From positions 83,142,001-83,206,000 of the forward strand of contig OX597825.1 in NCBI GenBank assembly GCA_951406725.2: 64,000 nt of DNA. Direction: 5' to 3'. This DNA is from Octopus vulgaris. Taxonomy: Eukaryota. A program made the position numbers and the translations under genes. Positions within the stretch are counted from its first letter, which is position 1. Every line of letters begins with the position of its first letter. The notes below the pieces were generated by a model, which was given only the letters and a program-made list of their open reading frames with translations, had not been told where the DNA came from and ran no database searches. Positions 26,777 through 41,139 of the stretch are shown here, piece by piece.

Positions 26777-27523
26777 AACGAAGGATTTTTAAAAAATGAA
26801 GTAAAATCAGTTTATATTCTGTCTGTTGTTGGTTGTGGGGCAAGGAATTATCTAGAGATTTGTCGTTGAACTTTTCTTTAAATACTTTAGTATAGAGTTC
26901 AAAGTGGTAGAGAGTGAGAGAAGAGGTATCTATTGCGTAGAAGAAATCTTTGTGTGTTCCTGTGAAGAGAGTGGCTAAAAACATTTTTGGAAGGGTTTTA
27001 TATACACCTCTGCGTGTGTTTGGAAACTGACCAGCTGTGAGTTGATGGGTGTGTATGTTTGAAAAAAGAATTAGGATTTTCCTTTGGGTGAAATGTATTC
27101 TTTTTAGTGTCTCAACTTGTGTGTATCTATGTGGTCAACAGCTGTATGTGTGTGTGAGTGTATATGTGGGTATGTTTGTGCGTGTGTGGGACGATGTCTT
27201 TTTGCGATATTTTCTCTTCTGTTTATGTGTGTGTTTGTTTGTATGTGCATAGAGTTGTGTGCGTGTATGTTTTTTGATGTTTTAATTTGTATTTGTGTGT
27301 TTTGGTGTACGTGTGTGCCTTTCTTCAATGTTTTCTTTTTGTGTATGTGTGAATGATTGTGTGTGTGTGTTTCTGTGGATGGTGGCATATATGTGATTTG
27401 GAAAAAAAGATTTAGGAAATGATGGGATATATTTTTCAAACTGATAATAATGTGCATAAAATTATATATTATATATATATAAACACATATAATTGAAAAA
27501 ATTCGAAGTCAACAAGAAGGGGT

Positions 27524-27802
27524 ACATTTATCTATTAATCACTACAATTGTTTTCACGCAACTTCTCCAAAAGTGCAATTACTTGATTATACAGTTGTCT
27601 TCCTACGTTATGAGATCTAGTTCTGTTAGAGAGGATGTTCTTGAAATCCAGGATTTCAAACTGACGGAGAAAATATTTCTCTATCGCCTTAGAAAACACA
27701 ACTAGATCTCATAATGCAGAGAAACACTTGCCTAATCAAGTACCTGCCCTCATGGAGAGCTACGTTTCGTGGAAACAATTGTATTGATTAAAAAATAAAT
27801 GT
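27524..27802. repeat. Diverged inverted repeat (~80-bp arms) with a hammerhead 3' half
   Basis: 27524-27602 versus 27718-27802; GAAA caattg TA ttgatt at 27772-27789. Confidence 0.6.
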
Positions 27803-27811
27803 CAAACCGTA

Positions 27812-29406
27812 TACCTGACAAGATGTTGAATGTTTTCATTTCCTTTCATGGAGGAATGAAGGCTGCTGTCAGCTTCCTTCGACGTTACAAAATGGCACAA
27901 AGCAAGGTCGTGTTCAGGCTCCTGTTTTGTTTGCACTCTTCTTTTCAGTGATGCTGAGGTAAGCTTTTATCGATATACAAAGAGGTGTCACATTCCAGTT
28001 TCGAACACGTGGTGGCCGATTCAATTATCAGTGTTTCAAAGCCAGAACACTGCTACGCACCAATATCATTCGTGACTACGTTTTGCAGATGCTGCTGCAC
28101 TCTTTAGAGGAAGCTCAGGAAATCTAAACCAGTTTTTCTGCAACATGTAAAACGTTTGGTTTGACCATCAGCATTAAGACCAACCTTACCCTGTTCTTAA
28201 ACAAATTCGTGATGTCAAGCAGAGGCCACCGGTTCACAATTTTCCTGACACTCCTACACAGGTTAATGGGAAAAGCCTAAATTATATGAAGTCATTTATA
28301 TATCTTAGTAGTAAAGTGAATTTGAGCGCTTCTCTTGATGATGAATTCGTCAACTGTCTTGTAAAGGCAACCAACGCGTTTGACAAACTCCGTCATTGCC
28401 TCTCGAATGAAAGGGGCATCAAACTTGACATCCAAGTACAGGTCTATAAAACAGCCATTCTTACTACTCTCTTGTATGGCTCAGAATGGTGGATACCCTA
28501 TAGACAACACATTGACCAACTAGACATCTTCCGCAAAGACAGTCTGAGGACAATCTGCGGTTATTCACTAAAAGACAAAATGTCTAATGCCGACTTTCTT
28601 AGCAAGTCTAAGATTGGTGGAATTGAGAGCTTCCTTATACAATCACAATTGAAATCAGAGTGAGTGACGGAAGAATACACAAAGTCCTCATCTACAGCAA
28701 TCTTGACAGTGGGCACAGAAATGTTAGACGACCATAGATCAGATATAAGGACAGGCTGAAGATATCTAACAGCATCTTTGAGCGAACAGCCTTGGTACGA
28801 AAAAATAGAGATCGTTGTGTCAAAATGGTATTAAAAACTTTGTTGCAACCAGAATTAACAAGCTTCAGGGTGTAAGGCAAAGGAGAAAAGCAGCTGCAAA
28901 TATACCACCTGCTCTGACCTGTAATCCTCATACTTGCAACCCCTGTGGTCTTCTTTGCAAATCGTTAGCGGGACTTAAATGTCACATTCGACATCAGCAT
29001 TATACCTGACAAAGAAAAAATACATTGTCGGAGTTTTTATTACCATCGTTTATTAATTATTGAATCTCTTTTTCTGGAAAATTTTCGAAGTAACGCTGGC
29101 ATTTTTTATTTGCTGCCGACAAAAAGCTGCGCCTGCGCGGTGGGTTTGAAAACTTATAATGTGTAAGCATGAGGCATATCCTGGATTGCCTCGTACTTAT
29201 ATGTTTAACCTAGGCGTAGCTAGAAACCATGGTCCAGGAGATGGATGGTAAATGGTTTTATTTTTCATTTCCTTCGAAGTTTTATCCCTAATAGTGGTTT
29301 TGCAAATCGTTAGCGGAACTTAAATGTCACATTCGGCATCAGCATTATACCTGACAAAGAAAAAGTACATTGTCGGAGCCTCATATGTCGAAATTGACGG
29401 GGGTGT

Positions 29407-29412
<6 letters not shown>
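27812..29412 (+). mobile_element. RTE-clade LINE, 5'-truncated and decayed, with a ~265-bp insertion near the 3' end
   Basis: PDKMLNVFISFHGGM, NGTKQGRVQAPVLFALFF, FADAAA (RT motif), FIYLSS..VYKTAILTTLLYGSEWW, C-terminal CNPCGLLCKSLAGLKCHIRH and 3' end gtcgaaattgacgggggtgtccat. Confidence 0.9.
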
Positions 29413-29481
<69 letters not shown>

Positions 29482-29589
29482 TATATAGAGAGAGAGACAT
29501 AGATATAGATAGGTAGAGAGAAACATACATACACACATATGTGTGTGTGAGTGTGTGTATTAAAGGGATTCCACCCAGTTCCCTTTCAA

Positions 29590-29720
29590 GTTCACTTACT
29601 AAGCAATAATCAACCCGGGGCTTCCGTACATGGCACTTGCTCAGAGCGCCGCGCAGTGTGACTGAACCAGAAACCGTCTGCTTCCGAAGCAAGGTCCTTT
29701 AACCACACAGCCATACCTCT
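29590..29720 (-). mobile_element. SINE family B head, diverged
   Basis: cagtgtgactgaaccagaaacc..ttaaccacacagcca. Confidence 0.6.
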
Positions 29721-30178
29721 TGTGAATAAAAATAGTTGTGGAAGTTGTTTCAACAAAATTTGACTTTAACTATTTTGTATCAGGTTCACATGAAAGACAT
29801 AGCTGTTTGGAAATTGTTTCAGTTTCCCATTAAACAGCTATTATTTTTTTTTCATTTCTCTTATGTTTAAAGAATTTTGTTCAAATCTCTTTCACTATTG
29901 TTATAGTTTATACTGATGTTTTAGTCAGCAACATAACTAAAAATTTCGGAACAGCAAAAAAAAAAAAAAAAATAATAATAATAATAAATATTGCTGTAAG
30001 CGCAGATCGTTGAATGCAAAACTATAATTTACCTGTAAAACGTGATGGAATATGTAACTGAGGCTTTCAGAATTATAGCAGAAGCTATAAACCAATTATT
30101 GTTGGAGAGAGATCTCTACTCGACATTAGGTTCAATAACAAATCGTAACATTTTGAAGAATCAAAATTTTTTAGACAA

Positions 30179-30225
<47 letters not shown>

Positions 30226-30239
30226 ATATATATACAATG

Positions 30240-30271
<32 letters not shown>

Positions 30272-30607
30272 GCACACTCATACACGCATACATTATTCTC
30301 CTGCCTATATACTTCTATCTACCATAACTCTTTATTCTTCTATTTTATTCTTCATAAACTGTAGATTTTATTTAAACTTGAAAACTGTAAATTTTCCCTG
30401 TCTTAAAAAATATTCATAACATGTTTCTGATGACAGAATACCCAATGTATGGATACACTAACCTAGCATTTGTGTTCATCTTCTACTAATTAAAGTATTC
30501 TACATGACTTGATGTACTTGTTCTGCCTTGGTCTGGATGATTTTCCCCCTAATATAGTATGATATAATATAGTTTTAGCTTGGATTGCATTTATTTTATA
30601 GCTTTTG

Positions 30608-30894
<287 letters not shown>

Positions 30895-31447
30895 GAGTGA
30901 GAGAGCAGTGCATGCCATCAAAGTGACACTGGGGTAAAATATATGAAGCCCAGTATACCCATCATGGCTACCTGTCTGATAAAGGTACACCAGGCACATG
31001 TATCACAACCATATGTGCGCGACATGGTGATCTCATATCACGATAAGCAGCGCATGACGCTGCAGGTGGGGCCCAGTTAGAATTTTCTTCTGGTTGAGTA
31101 ACCCATTCCGTTCAAAAGGTCCCAGAATAAGGGTTGCTTAAGGATGTTGAACGAACCTCCCATGTTTCCAAAGGTGTATTATCCAAACCTCTAAGAATTC
31201 CTTTCAACACACGGTTATGATGCTCCCCCACTACTTCTGCTCATGATCAGAGATGCACATATCATCAGCCACTAAGGCACATGCTCAACTGGTTAAGGTC
31301 AAACAACTGACAAGCAAATCTGTGGTATTGAGCAGAATATTTGCTGTAGCCCATCTTTTATACCAAGACAAACAATGTACATGATAACACTTCCAATCAG
31401 TTGAGATCAGAAGCCATGAAAGCCACTATCTGGTACTGCATCAGGGC

Positions 31448-31542
<95 letters not shown>

Positions 31543-31893
31543 GGTGAGAACAGTTCATGCCATCAAATGACACTGGGTAAAATATACGAAGCCCAATATA
31601 CCCATCATGACTACCCGTCTGATATACACTAGGCACATGCATCACAACCATATGTGCCGACATTGATCTTATTATTATTAGGTGGGCCCAGTTATTTTCT
31701 TCAGGTTATTCAAACGGTCCCTGAATAAGGGTTGTTTAAGGATGTTGAAAGAACCACCCATGTTTCCAGAGGTGAACTATTCAAACCCCAAAGAATCCCT
31801 CTCAACACATGGCTATGATGCTCCCCCACTACTTCTGCTCGTGATTATTAAGGGACATGCTCAACTGGTTAAGGTCAAACAACTGACAAGCAA
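30895..31893. mobile_element. Two tandem copies (30895-31450 and a deleted copy at 31543-31893) of a non-coding element, each bounded by (ATT)n
   Basis: The copies align colinearly (catgccatcaaa..ctgacaagcaaat), with (ATT)n at all four junctions. Confidence 0.8.
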
Positions 31894-31937
<44 letters not shown>

Positions 31938-32007
31938 CATTATTAGTATTATTATTATTATTACTATTTTATATACGCACAGTAGATTAGACTGCTGCAA
32001 AAGAAAA

Positions 32008-32095
32008 ATAATCTTAGATGTCAATAACTTTCCTAAGTATCCTAGCTGTCCCTGAAAACCAGTTTTCTGGAATTGCACTAAGATTATGGATATCA
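32008..32095 (-). mobile_element. R4/Dong-like LINE ORF C-terminus
   Basis: Minus strand VQFQKTG../GTARILRKVIDI*, matching the QKxALLGTARILRKVL end of R4/Dong ORFs. Confidence 0.6.
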
Positions 32096-32269
32096 TCATC
32101 ATCAGCAGCAACAGCAGTATAGCAATCATTCTCCTTTTCCTGAAGTGTAAGAACCTAATGGAGAATATCTACTGAACAATTTGATTTTAATTTTCATCAT
32201 ACAAAACTGTTATATGAAAAGAATCACGTGTATTCTCGTAATATCCTTCGCGAAGATTCTGTAATATTA

Positions 32270-33396
32270 CAAAGTATGAACTGAGGTGACCTTTGCAGTT
32301 ATGGCAGTTGTAGGTTTTCGACATTCCTGCAAAGTACAGGCAGAAATTGACATTAATCTTGTCAATTGATAATCTAAACTAAATATTAAAGAGAATTAAT
32401 TTTAAACTTCGAATGGTTTGGTAATTGAAATCATTATATTTCATAACATTTGGTTCTATACAAATGGAATGCAACACCTTTGGCCTTCCGTACAATGAAG
32501 TCATATCTGCTTCTAATGTGATTTTTAACACGTTTACGATTGAATGATATTATTGTTCGGACCAAACCTTTCAAGGTATCTAACGCACCTTCAATCTTTT
32601 GCTTGTTTCGGTCAATAAAATCCAGCCGAGCTCAGGCAATGTCTTGAAGAATTTAGTTGAACGAATTGATCTGAATAGAATTTTTTTTAAAAGTCTGGTA
32701 ATCATTCTATCGATAACTTCTGGGCAATAACCTTGCAAGCTACTTACAAGGACGTAAACACAGCAACACAGGTAGTCAAGGTTAGTAGGAAACAATTACA
32801 CACACACACACACACGTTCGTGCACACGCATACGTAAATATATACATACATTTACATATATATAAGTGTATATACATACATATAAGCATATATTTATATA
32901 CACACACACATATATATATATACATATATTCATATATACACAAATATATATATATGTCTATATACATATAGACATATATATATATAGACACACACATATA
33001 TTTATATATACATATACACACACATACATATATATATTTTATATGTTTGTACATATATATATACGCACACACTCATACATATATATACATATATGTGTGT
33101 GTGTGTGTGTGTGTGTATGATGAGACAACGGAAATACAAACGTTTAAGCAGACTAAAAGAATTAAACGAAAGTTATGTTTGTCTTGTATTATTAATATGA
33201 ATTTTACAAAATTTCCTGCTATGGCCATTGAAGACGTGCGTATGTCAAGATAAATATACACTTACTTTGACTTCGATAGATAATCCCTTTAAAAATCTGT
33301 AAAATTTCTTCACGTTATATTCAGATTTAGCACAGGTAATGTTCTAAACCGCAATACTGTCTTATTAATGTTTGCCTTCATCTACGAAGCTATATT

Positions 33397-33451
<55 letters not shown>

Positions 33452-33828
33452 CGTCGCATCTTATAACAAGTCTTGTTACATCTACGAAGCTATATTTAAA
33501 TATATATGTATTACGTTGCATCTTATAACAAATCTTGTTAGATTTGGTCCGCACAACGCTTGCTTATATTAGCGAACGTGCTAGAGATTATATCAGGACG
33601 AAATATGACTTCATCCTACTGAAGGCCACAGGCGTTAGATTCTGTTTTGTGTAGAACCAAATATTATGAAATGTAATGATTTCAATTATCAATGCATTTT
33701 TAAAATCTAAAATTAATTCTCTTTAATATAATATTTAGTTTAGATTGACAGGACTAATGTCCATTTCAACCTGTGCTTTGTATGATTGTTGAAAACTTAC
33801 AACAGTTATTACATCAGTTCATACTTTG
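32270..33828. repeat. Long diverged inverted repeat, arms ~32270-32569 and ~33540-33828
   Basis: For example, aattgaaatcattatatttcataacatttggttcta pairs with tagaaccaaatattatgaaatgtaatgatttcaatt; colinear over ~300 bp. Confidence 0.8.
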
Positions 33829-34787
33829 TGATGTAATGTATATTATTATATTTTATTATTTAAGTAAAGCGTTTGTGTGAAGGAATATGAGTATTACTAA
33901 AGTGCCCTTCCCATGTTTATTAAATCAAGGTCTAAGGAGGACGATGGCGCACGAAAGCAGAAAAAAAAACATATGGGTATTAAACTATTTCATTCTCTGT
34001 ACAAAACTTGAAATATGAGTGAGAGGGTGATTAAATCAAATTCACTGCTTGACTATAACACTGTTTTAGTGTTCTCAAGGAGAAGAAAGAAAAACTTAAC
34101 TTGCTAGGATTTATAATCGGAACAGAATTTGTCAGGAAATATTACGCAAAGCTTATTATTGGTGTTCTAACGATTCTACCAGCACATTGCCTTGCTTAAT
34201 CAAATAATATTACAGAATCAAGAATGGTAAGCGCATGTGTATGTCCCGCTCTTTTTATAATCGACGAATTCAATTAAAGAATCGCTTTGCTTCTCAGTCA
34301 AATGCCGTTATTTATTTTTCGCCAATTCCTCAGACAGAGACGACAAAGACGTGCGTCACATTAAAAATCGTTACATTTCTTTTGTTATGTTTAGAGAGAA
34401 ATAGTTTCACAGCAAAGAATTTCGTGATGAATTGTAAATGAAGTAGCGTTTGGTGGTAAGAAAAGTTCCGTGGAATTAGTTATTTACCATTTTTAGCGGA
34501 GTCTTTAAATGAATCCAAAAAATCGTCAATGAATGAAATAACACTACACACACACGCACATACACACACACTTACACACACACACGTACACACACACACA
34601 TAGTTAGGTTCAGGGAGCTTTACTCTTGTCATTTACTTAGCATGATTGTCACAGACAAACAATAATATAAATATATATATGTATAGATATACAAACGCAC
34701 ACACACACATACACATACTCACACACAGAGGCACACACACGTATATGTCGTTGTGTTTGCGTGTTTCTGTGAATATATAGATATATG

Positions 34788-34818
<31 letters not shown>

Positions 34819-34879
34819 ATATTGAAGTATAAGTAGTTAGAGAGACATATAAATAGATAGATAGATAGTTAAAGATACG

Positions 34880-34943
<64 letters not shown>

Positions 34944-35161
34944 GAGAAATATTGATAGAAATATTGATAGATAGATAGATTGATAGATAGATAGATAGAC
35001 ATACAGAGAGATTGAGAGAGATAAGTAGACAGACAGATAGAGAGATTGAGAAATATAGATAGACAGACAGACTGATACAGACGGATAGACAGAGGGACAG
35101 ACAGATATATATAGATATATAGATAATGTGTGTGTGAGAGAGAGAGAGAGGGAGGGAGAGA

Positions 35162-35205
<44 letters not shown>

Positions 35206-36159
35206 AGGCCGCCACACTTTCGAAATGTATTCATGCCACAGGTCGTATTTGTCGTATTTGTAATGAAGTCATTCAGAAAGAAAAATCTTCCCGTTCCGAA
35301 GTAGCTGTCGGCTGCTCGACGTCTATTTCTTTTTTTCTTTTCTGCTTCAGCATGGTGACGACGTTCATAATACACACAAATAAATAAATAAATAAATAAA
35401 TAAATACATGAAGCATGGAAGTTATCGAAATTGTTTCTATGTAATTGGCTGCTTGTGAAATACCTGCTGCAGTTATATTATGGATATTAAGCTTTCATTT
35501 GCAGACGGCTGATCAATATTGATTTTATTGTTAATCTATTAATACACGGATCTTGCAGATTAAAAAGTAAAAAAAAAGTAAAACTGAAACATAACAACAG
35601 AAGAAGACATCAACAAATACAAAGAAAAAAATAACAAAATAAATTAAAAGACGCATTTCTACATATTGGTAACATATAACGTTTCAATATTTACTTTGAA
35701 GATAAAGAAAATCCCCAAGAAAACCTGAAGAATATCGTTGTGAAACAATGCCACAATATAGCAAATGTCTATTTATTGAGCAGATTATAGTCGAAAATAC
35801 AATAAATGAATTGGAAAGAATTATAAAAGTTTAGATTTAATGTAATGAAAGTAGAGGTATTTCGAAAGAGGAACAACAAATATTTTTGGAAATATTTCAA
35901 AAATATGGCACACACTTGAAAATATAATACTTTAAGCAGCGATCTGATGAATGCTGATCTTCAGAAAATCTTAATTGAAATAGGAGCATCGTGGCCCCGT
36001 GTGATTAAGCAGCTTGCTACGTAAGGATGGCGTCTTGTGTTCAGCTTCGATGCGTAGCTACGTCACCTATCAATGGTTTGAAATTATATCTATATACTAC
36101 CAATAGTTTAGTATTTATAACCAGTTTTATGCATCGTAAAATTTGTCTCAATTCATCTG

Positions 36160-36227
<68 letters not shown>

Positions 36228-36230
<3 letters not shown>

Positions 36231-36415
36231 CGGGAAGCTTTATGAAAATAAACAAAAGACGAAGGCAGGTGGAATACAAACAAACAATTGTATTAGTATG
36301 GCGCTCAGAAATATAAATAAAACAAGTCTTTTACGTTTCGCGCATACGCTCTTCAACAGAAAGATACACAGAAAAGAAACACGGAAAAAAAATGCGTGCA
36401 GAGGCTAGCGAATCA
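36228..36415 (-). mobile_element. Penelope-like pLTR remnant abutting (TA)n
   Basis: Second copy at 46217-46410; contains a hammerhead variant. Confidence 0.65.
36327..36364 (-). ncRNA. Minimal hammerhead variant (CUGUUGA core, weakened stem II)
   Basis: tcttt CTGTTGA agagcgtatgcgc GAAA cg TA aaaga. Confidence 0.5.
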
Positions 36416-36444
36416 ACATGTGTGTGTGTGTGTGTGTACACATA

Positions 36445-37108
36445 CACTCTTTTACTTGTTTCAGTCATTTGAGTGCGGCCATGCTATAGCACCGCATTTA
36501 GTCGAGCAAATCGAATCCCGGAATTATTCTTTGGAAGCCTAGTACTTATTCTATCTGTCTCTTTTGCTGAACCGCTAAGTTACACGGACGTAAACACACC
36601 ACCATCGTTTGTCAAGCGATGTTGGGGAGACAAACAAAGACATCCTTAAAGGTCCGTGCTAATTTTATATTATCTATATAAAATTACATTAAATCTAAAG
36701 GATTCTCCTATTTCAATTATAGGCGCAGGAGTGGCTGTGTGGTAAGTAAATTGCTTAACAACCACATGGTTCCGGGTTCAGTCCCACCGCGTGGCACCTT
36801 CAGCAAGTGTCTTCTGCTATAGCCTCGAGCCGACCAAAGCCTTGTGAGTGGATTTGGTAGACGGAAACTGAAAGAAGCCCGTCGTGTATATGCATATACA
36901 TATGTGTGTGTGTGTGTGTGTGTTGCGTTTGTCACCCCAACATCGCATGACAACCGATGCTGGTGTGTTTACGTCTCCGTAACCTAGCGGCTCGGTAAAA
37001 ACGATCGATAGAATAAGTACTTACAAAGAAGACTTACTGGGGTCGATTTGCTCGACTAAAGGCGGTACTCCAGTATGGCCGCTGTCAAATGACTGAAACA
37101 AGCAAAAG
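36445..37108. mobile_element. Family B SINE tail (-, 36445-36640) and full-length copy (+, 36720-37108)
   Basis: Direct match to the other family B copies. Confidence 0.9.
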
Positions 37109-37699
37109 GGTATATATATATATATATAATACGAGTCTATAACAGGTTATAAAACTGTCTTCGCAGCTGTCTCTCATATTTCATTTTCTAAATTCGTAAT
37201 GAACACTGTATCCGGAGAATGATAAACATCATGAATTATCAATAGATGAATCTTTAACATTTATTTACACTTGTTTATCAGCAAGTTTATCCTATTATAA
37301 AGGAATAATGACATTCGTACGAGTCCTGCCAGCATCGTCAGTGTGCTGTCAAGTGGTTCCGATTAGTAAGGTCTGAGACAGTTCCTTGGAATGTCATGTG
37401 ATGAATTTCATACGTGAAAAATGAGTTTTATGAAACTAAGGATTTATTGAAATATATTATACTTCATCGATCTTTAAATTAAAATGTAAATACACGATGT
37501 ATCACATCCCTGTTATAAATGTTCAGTTAAAAATTAAACAAGTATTTTCTTAAACGTTTAAAATCTGTTTATTATTTCGTGTTTTTAAACAAGGGATTGT
37601 CAGATAAATTCGTTCGTTTTTGTCTTTTCTTTTGTATATTTCAAATGTTAGCCCTTATTTTTCATCAACATTTTAAACAAATCTCCCAATAATATATTC

Positions 37700-38330
37700 G
37701 TATTTCTCTATTGCCCTCAACGGGCTAAACACAGAGGGGAGAAACAAGGACAGACAAAGAGATTAAGTCGATTACATCGACCCCAGTGCGTAACTGGTAC
37801 TTATTTAATCGACCCCGAAAGGATGAAAGGCAAAGTCGACCTCGGAGGAATCTGAACTCACAACGTAACGGCAGACGAAATACCTATTTCTTTACTACCC
37901 ACAAGGAGCTAAACATAGAGAGGACAAACAAGGACAGACAAACGGATTAAGTCGATTATATCGACCCCAGTGCGTAACTGGTACTTAATTAATTGACCCC
38001 GTAAAGGATGAAAGGCAAAGTCAACCTCGGCGGAATTTGAACTCAGAGCGTAACGGCAGACGAAATACCGCTAAAGACTTCGTCCGGCGTACGAACGTTT
38101 CTACCAACTCACTGCCAATAATATTTTCGCTTTTCTTAGAATGACAAGATGGCAGATTCGTTTGTTTACAGGGCTTAACGTTATCTTCTCCGTCCTTACA
38201 TTTTGAGTTCAAATGCAGCCATTGTCGACTTCAGAGTCGTTTTAAAATAAGTACTCAACAAGCACTGGGGTTGATGTACTCGACTTGTCTTCTTCCCAGA
38301 AACTGCAGGCGTGTTTTGCGACCAATATAT
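37700..38330. mobile_element. Family A SINE dimer (-, 37700-38113) and degenerate copy (+, 38140-38330)
   Basis: Two ~180-bp units under one head. Confidence 0.85.
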
Positions 38331-38503
38331 TCTCCTTCATTGTTCACAACTTCTTCCAACCATCATCTAGCATTTCAGTCTCTTACAGTAGAAATCATGG
38401 GGCCTTACTTCAAAAGAGACGAACGAGTTTGTTCGACAACACAAGAGAAGATACTTCAAAGTTTGCCTTAAATTTAATTTTCTTAAATGAAAAGAATAAA
38501 TAA

Positions 38504-38743
38504 AGATATTGTTGTATTTAGGAATGGTCATTTTGCCAGTTTAGCCAATAAAAAACACACGCACTATATATTTGGTGTTACTGATGAGGTCACAGGAGTG
38601 TGACGAAAGAACTCTGGCCGAAATAAGATTAAGATTAATGTAAAAACTAAATAACGCTGAAGCAATGTAACACCAAATGTATAGTGCGTGTGTTTTTATT
38701 GGCTAAACTGGCCACATGACCATTCCTAAATACAACAATATCT
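38504..38743. repeat. Inverted repeat (38504-38581 / 38667-38743) whose spacer begins with a hammerhead core; PLE remnant
   Basis: Arms are near-identical; the spacer starts CTGATGA g-gtcaca-ggag-tgtgac GAAA gaac TC tggcc. Confidence 0.8.
38581..38619 (+). ncRNA. Hammerhead motif lacking the 5' strand of stem I
   Basis: Intact core and 6-bp stem II; the expected ggcca is replaced by the inverted arm. Confidence 0.6.
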
Positions 38744-39139
38744 GTTTCAACACACGATTTCACATAAAAAATCTTGCAAAACAAATATATAAACGTAAGT
38801 AAATAAAGAAATAATATTTTAAACTCCAGATTTGAAGTAAGTATTTTGTTACATCGTTTCGGGTGAAAATAAAAATAAATACTAATCCAGGCCAGGGGAT
38901 TTGTACAGGTGCAAGTACCTCTGAACGGTTGCTTTGTCTTATTTATTCCGGTTCTTTGCATTCTTCGTTCAAATGATGCCATGGAATTCTTAGGTGCGTG
39001 ACTTAATCTCTCACCTGTTTTAACTCCACCATCCAAATACTTCGTACGTTTAACAGATTCCAGACTTCTCCAGTTACTGAATGCCTTCCTCTCTTCAATT
39101 AACATTGAAGAATCTCTGTAATGTCATTAGCATTGCTTT

Positions 39140-39815
39140 GTTATTTCTTTACTACCCACAAGGGGTTAAGCATGGAGGGGACAAACAAGGACAGACATAG
39201 GTACTAAGTCGATTACATCGACTCCCACTGGGAAATGGTACTTAATTTATCGACCCCGAAAGGATGAAAGTCAAAGTCGACCTCGGCGGAATTTGAAGCC
39301 AGAACGTAGCGACAGACATAATACCTATTTCTTTACTACCCACAATGGGCCAAACGCAGAAAGGACAAACAAGGACAGACAAACGGATTAAGTCGATTAT
39401 ATCCACCCCAGTGCGTAAATGGTACTTAATTTATCGACTCCGAAAGGATGGAAAGCAAAGTTGACCTCGGCGGAATTTGAACTCAGAACGTAGCGGCAGA
39501 CGAAATACAGCTACACATTCCGCCCGGCGTGCTAACGTTTCTGCCAGCTCGTCCTTAGCATTGCTTTGTCTTGAATAAAATATAGAGATATACAAAGTTC
39601 ACCTAATACTGGTCTCAAATTTTGGCACTGGGCCAGCAATTTTAGAGGAGTGGGATAGTCGATAACATCGACCGCAGTGCTCAACTTGTACTTATTGAAA
39701 CAACTCCGAAACCAAAGTGGATGTTAATAGCATTTGAACTCAAATTGTGAAGACAGACGATATGCTGCTAAGCATTTTGTCCGGCGTTAAAACGATTCTG
39801 CCAGCTCAGCGCCTA
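39140..39815 (-). mobile_element. Family A SINE dimer (39140-39555) and diverged monomer (39605-39815)
   Basis: Direct match to 37700-38113. Confidence 0.85.
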
Positions 39816-41139
39816 ATATTAAATCCGTTACTGTTGTTGTAAATAATTTTTACTGTCCGCGATACATTTTTTTTTACTTAAGGAAAACCGGCCCAAAATT
39901 TAGGGACGTATATAATGTCGATTATATCGACCCTCTTAGTTTACTAGTGTGGTCAACATAGAGTGTTTTGACAGTGTTCTCAAATCTGGATTCTAGAAAT
40001 ATTAGTAAAATATCAAGCGTCGCAAATGAATTGATGTGTACGCTATGTTATGTGTCAAGAACAAGGGATTTTGAAGAATCAGAGATTCAGGAATTATGAA
40101 GCTAAATTGAATTGCTAGTAGAAAAGGAATTTTCTAAGGTGACTCAACTCCAATACTTTTATGTGTGTCATTAAAAGATTAATAAAGATGCTAATATAAA
40201 GATAATGCAAATAAAGAGATTTTCGAATGACATCCATCTTTTGATAAAAGGTAATCACAAAGTGTACAATATTGATACAACTATACAGAACCAATCGCAG
40301 AATTGGTGTGAAATTAAGAGTATGATAAGCACTACGGAAGTCTTAAGATTGAGAATTTAAGAAGAAAAACATAAAATTAGCAAATAGAGAATCACTAGCC
40401 ATTACATAAGGTGCTTGATAATATTTTTATGACCAGACTGAGTTATCTTTATTGGTTGAGGATTTATTAATTAATTTACTATGCTGACCACGTTAACTTA
40501 TTCATCGGATGTCTATAATATTGCGTCAAAAAAAAAAAAGCTAAAATGTAAGCAAATAGCTTCTAAATTAAATACTCTAGGTTAGCTAAAATATGAGCAT
40601 TCCTCCAAAAGCATACTTCATGTTACAAAAAGGATACGGAAAGCTTTCTGTCGATATATCGATTGATGACAAAGAATGATAGTTGTACGTTCCAAAAATT
40701 ACCATCTAAATTATAGAAGTCACTAATTAGCGTTTTACTGATATTGCCAACATTATAACACTAATTTACATATATATTTAAGTGCAAACCAACAGCGGAG
40801 CGTTTCTTCCACATCCTGACCTGGTTTTTTTTTTCTTTTTGGTTCTTGTAGTTATATTTCTCTCAAATCGCACTTTTCTGTTTTAAGAAAGCAATACTTG
40901 AATAATATATTTTTCACTACATTCTGGCTGACGGCAAAATATAGAACAAAATGGTTAGAGTCTCTTTGAGTGTCTGAAAAATAAGGAGCGCTTAGAAAAC
41001 TAAGCAACTACAGCATCATTGACAGCGTATTTCGTTATGACGCAAGAGTACCATTTGACACGTTTTATTATTTAACTAAATATACATTAAACAAAACAAA
41101 AAAAAAACAGACTCAAGCCCAAGGACTGAAAGGGCCGGA

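Noticed and set aside
30433-30470. CTGATGA at 30433 as a hammerhead
   Set aside because: The GAAA/stem III half is missing; at most a deleted PLE remnant
37310-37345. CTGACGA on the minus strand as a hammerhead
   Set aside because: No stem II closing onto GAAA and no stem I partner
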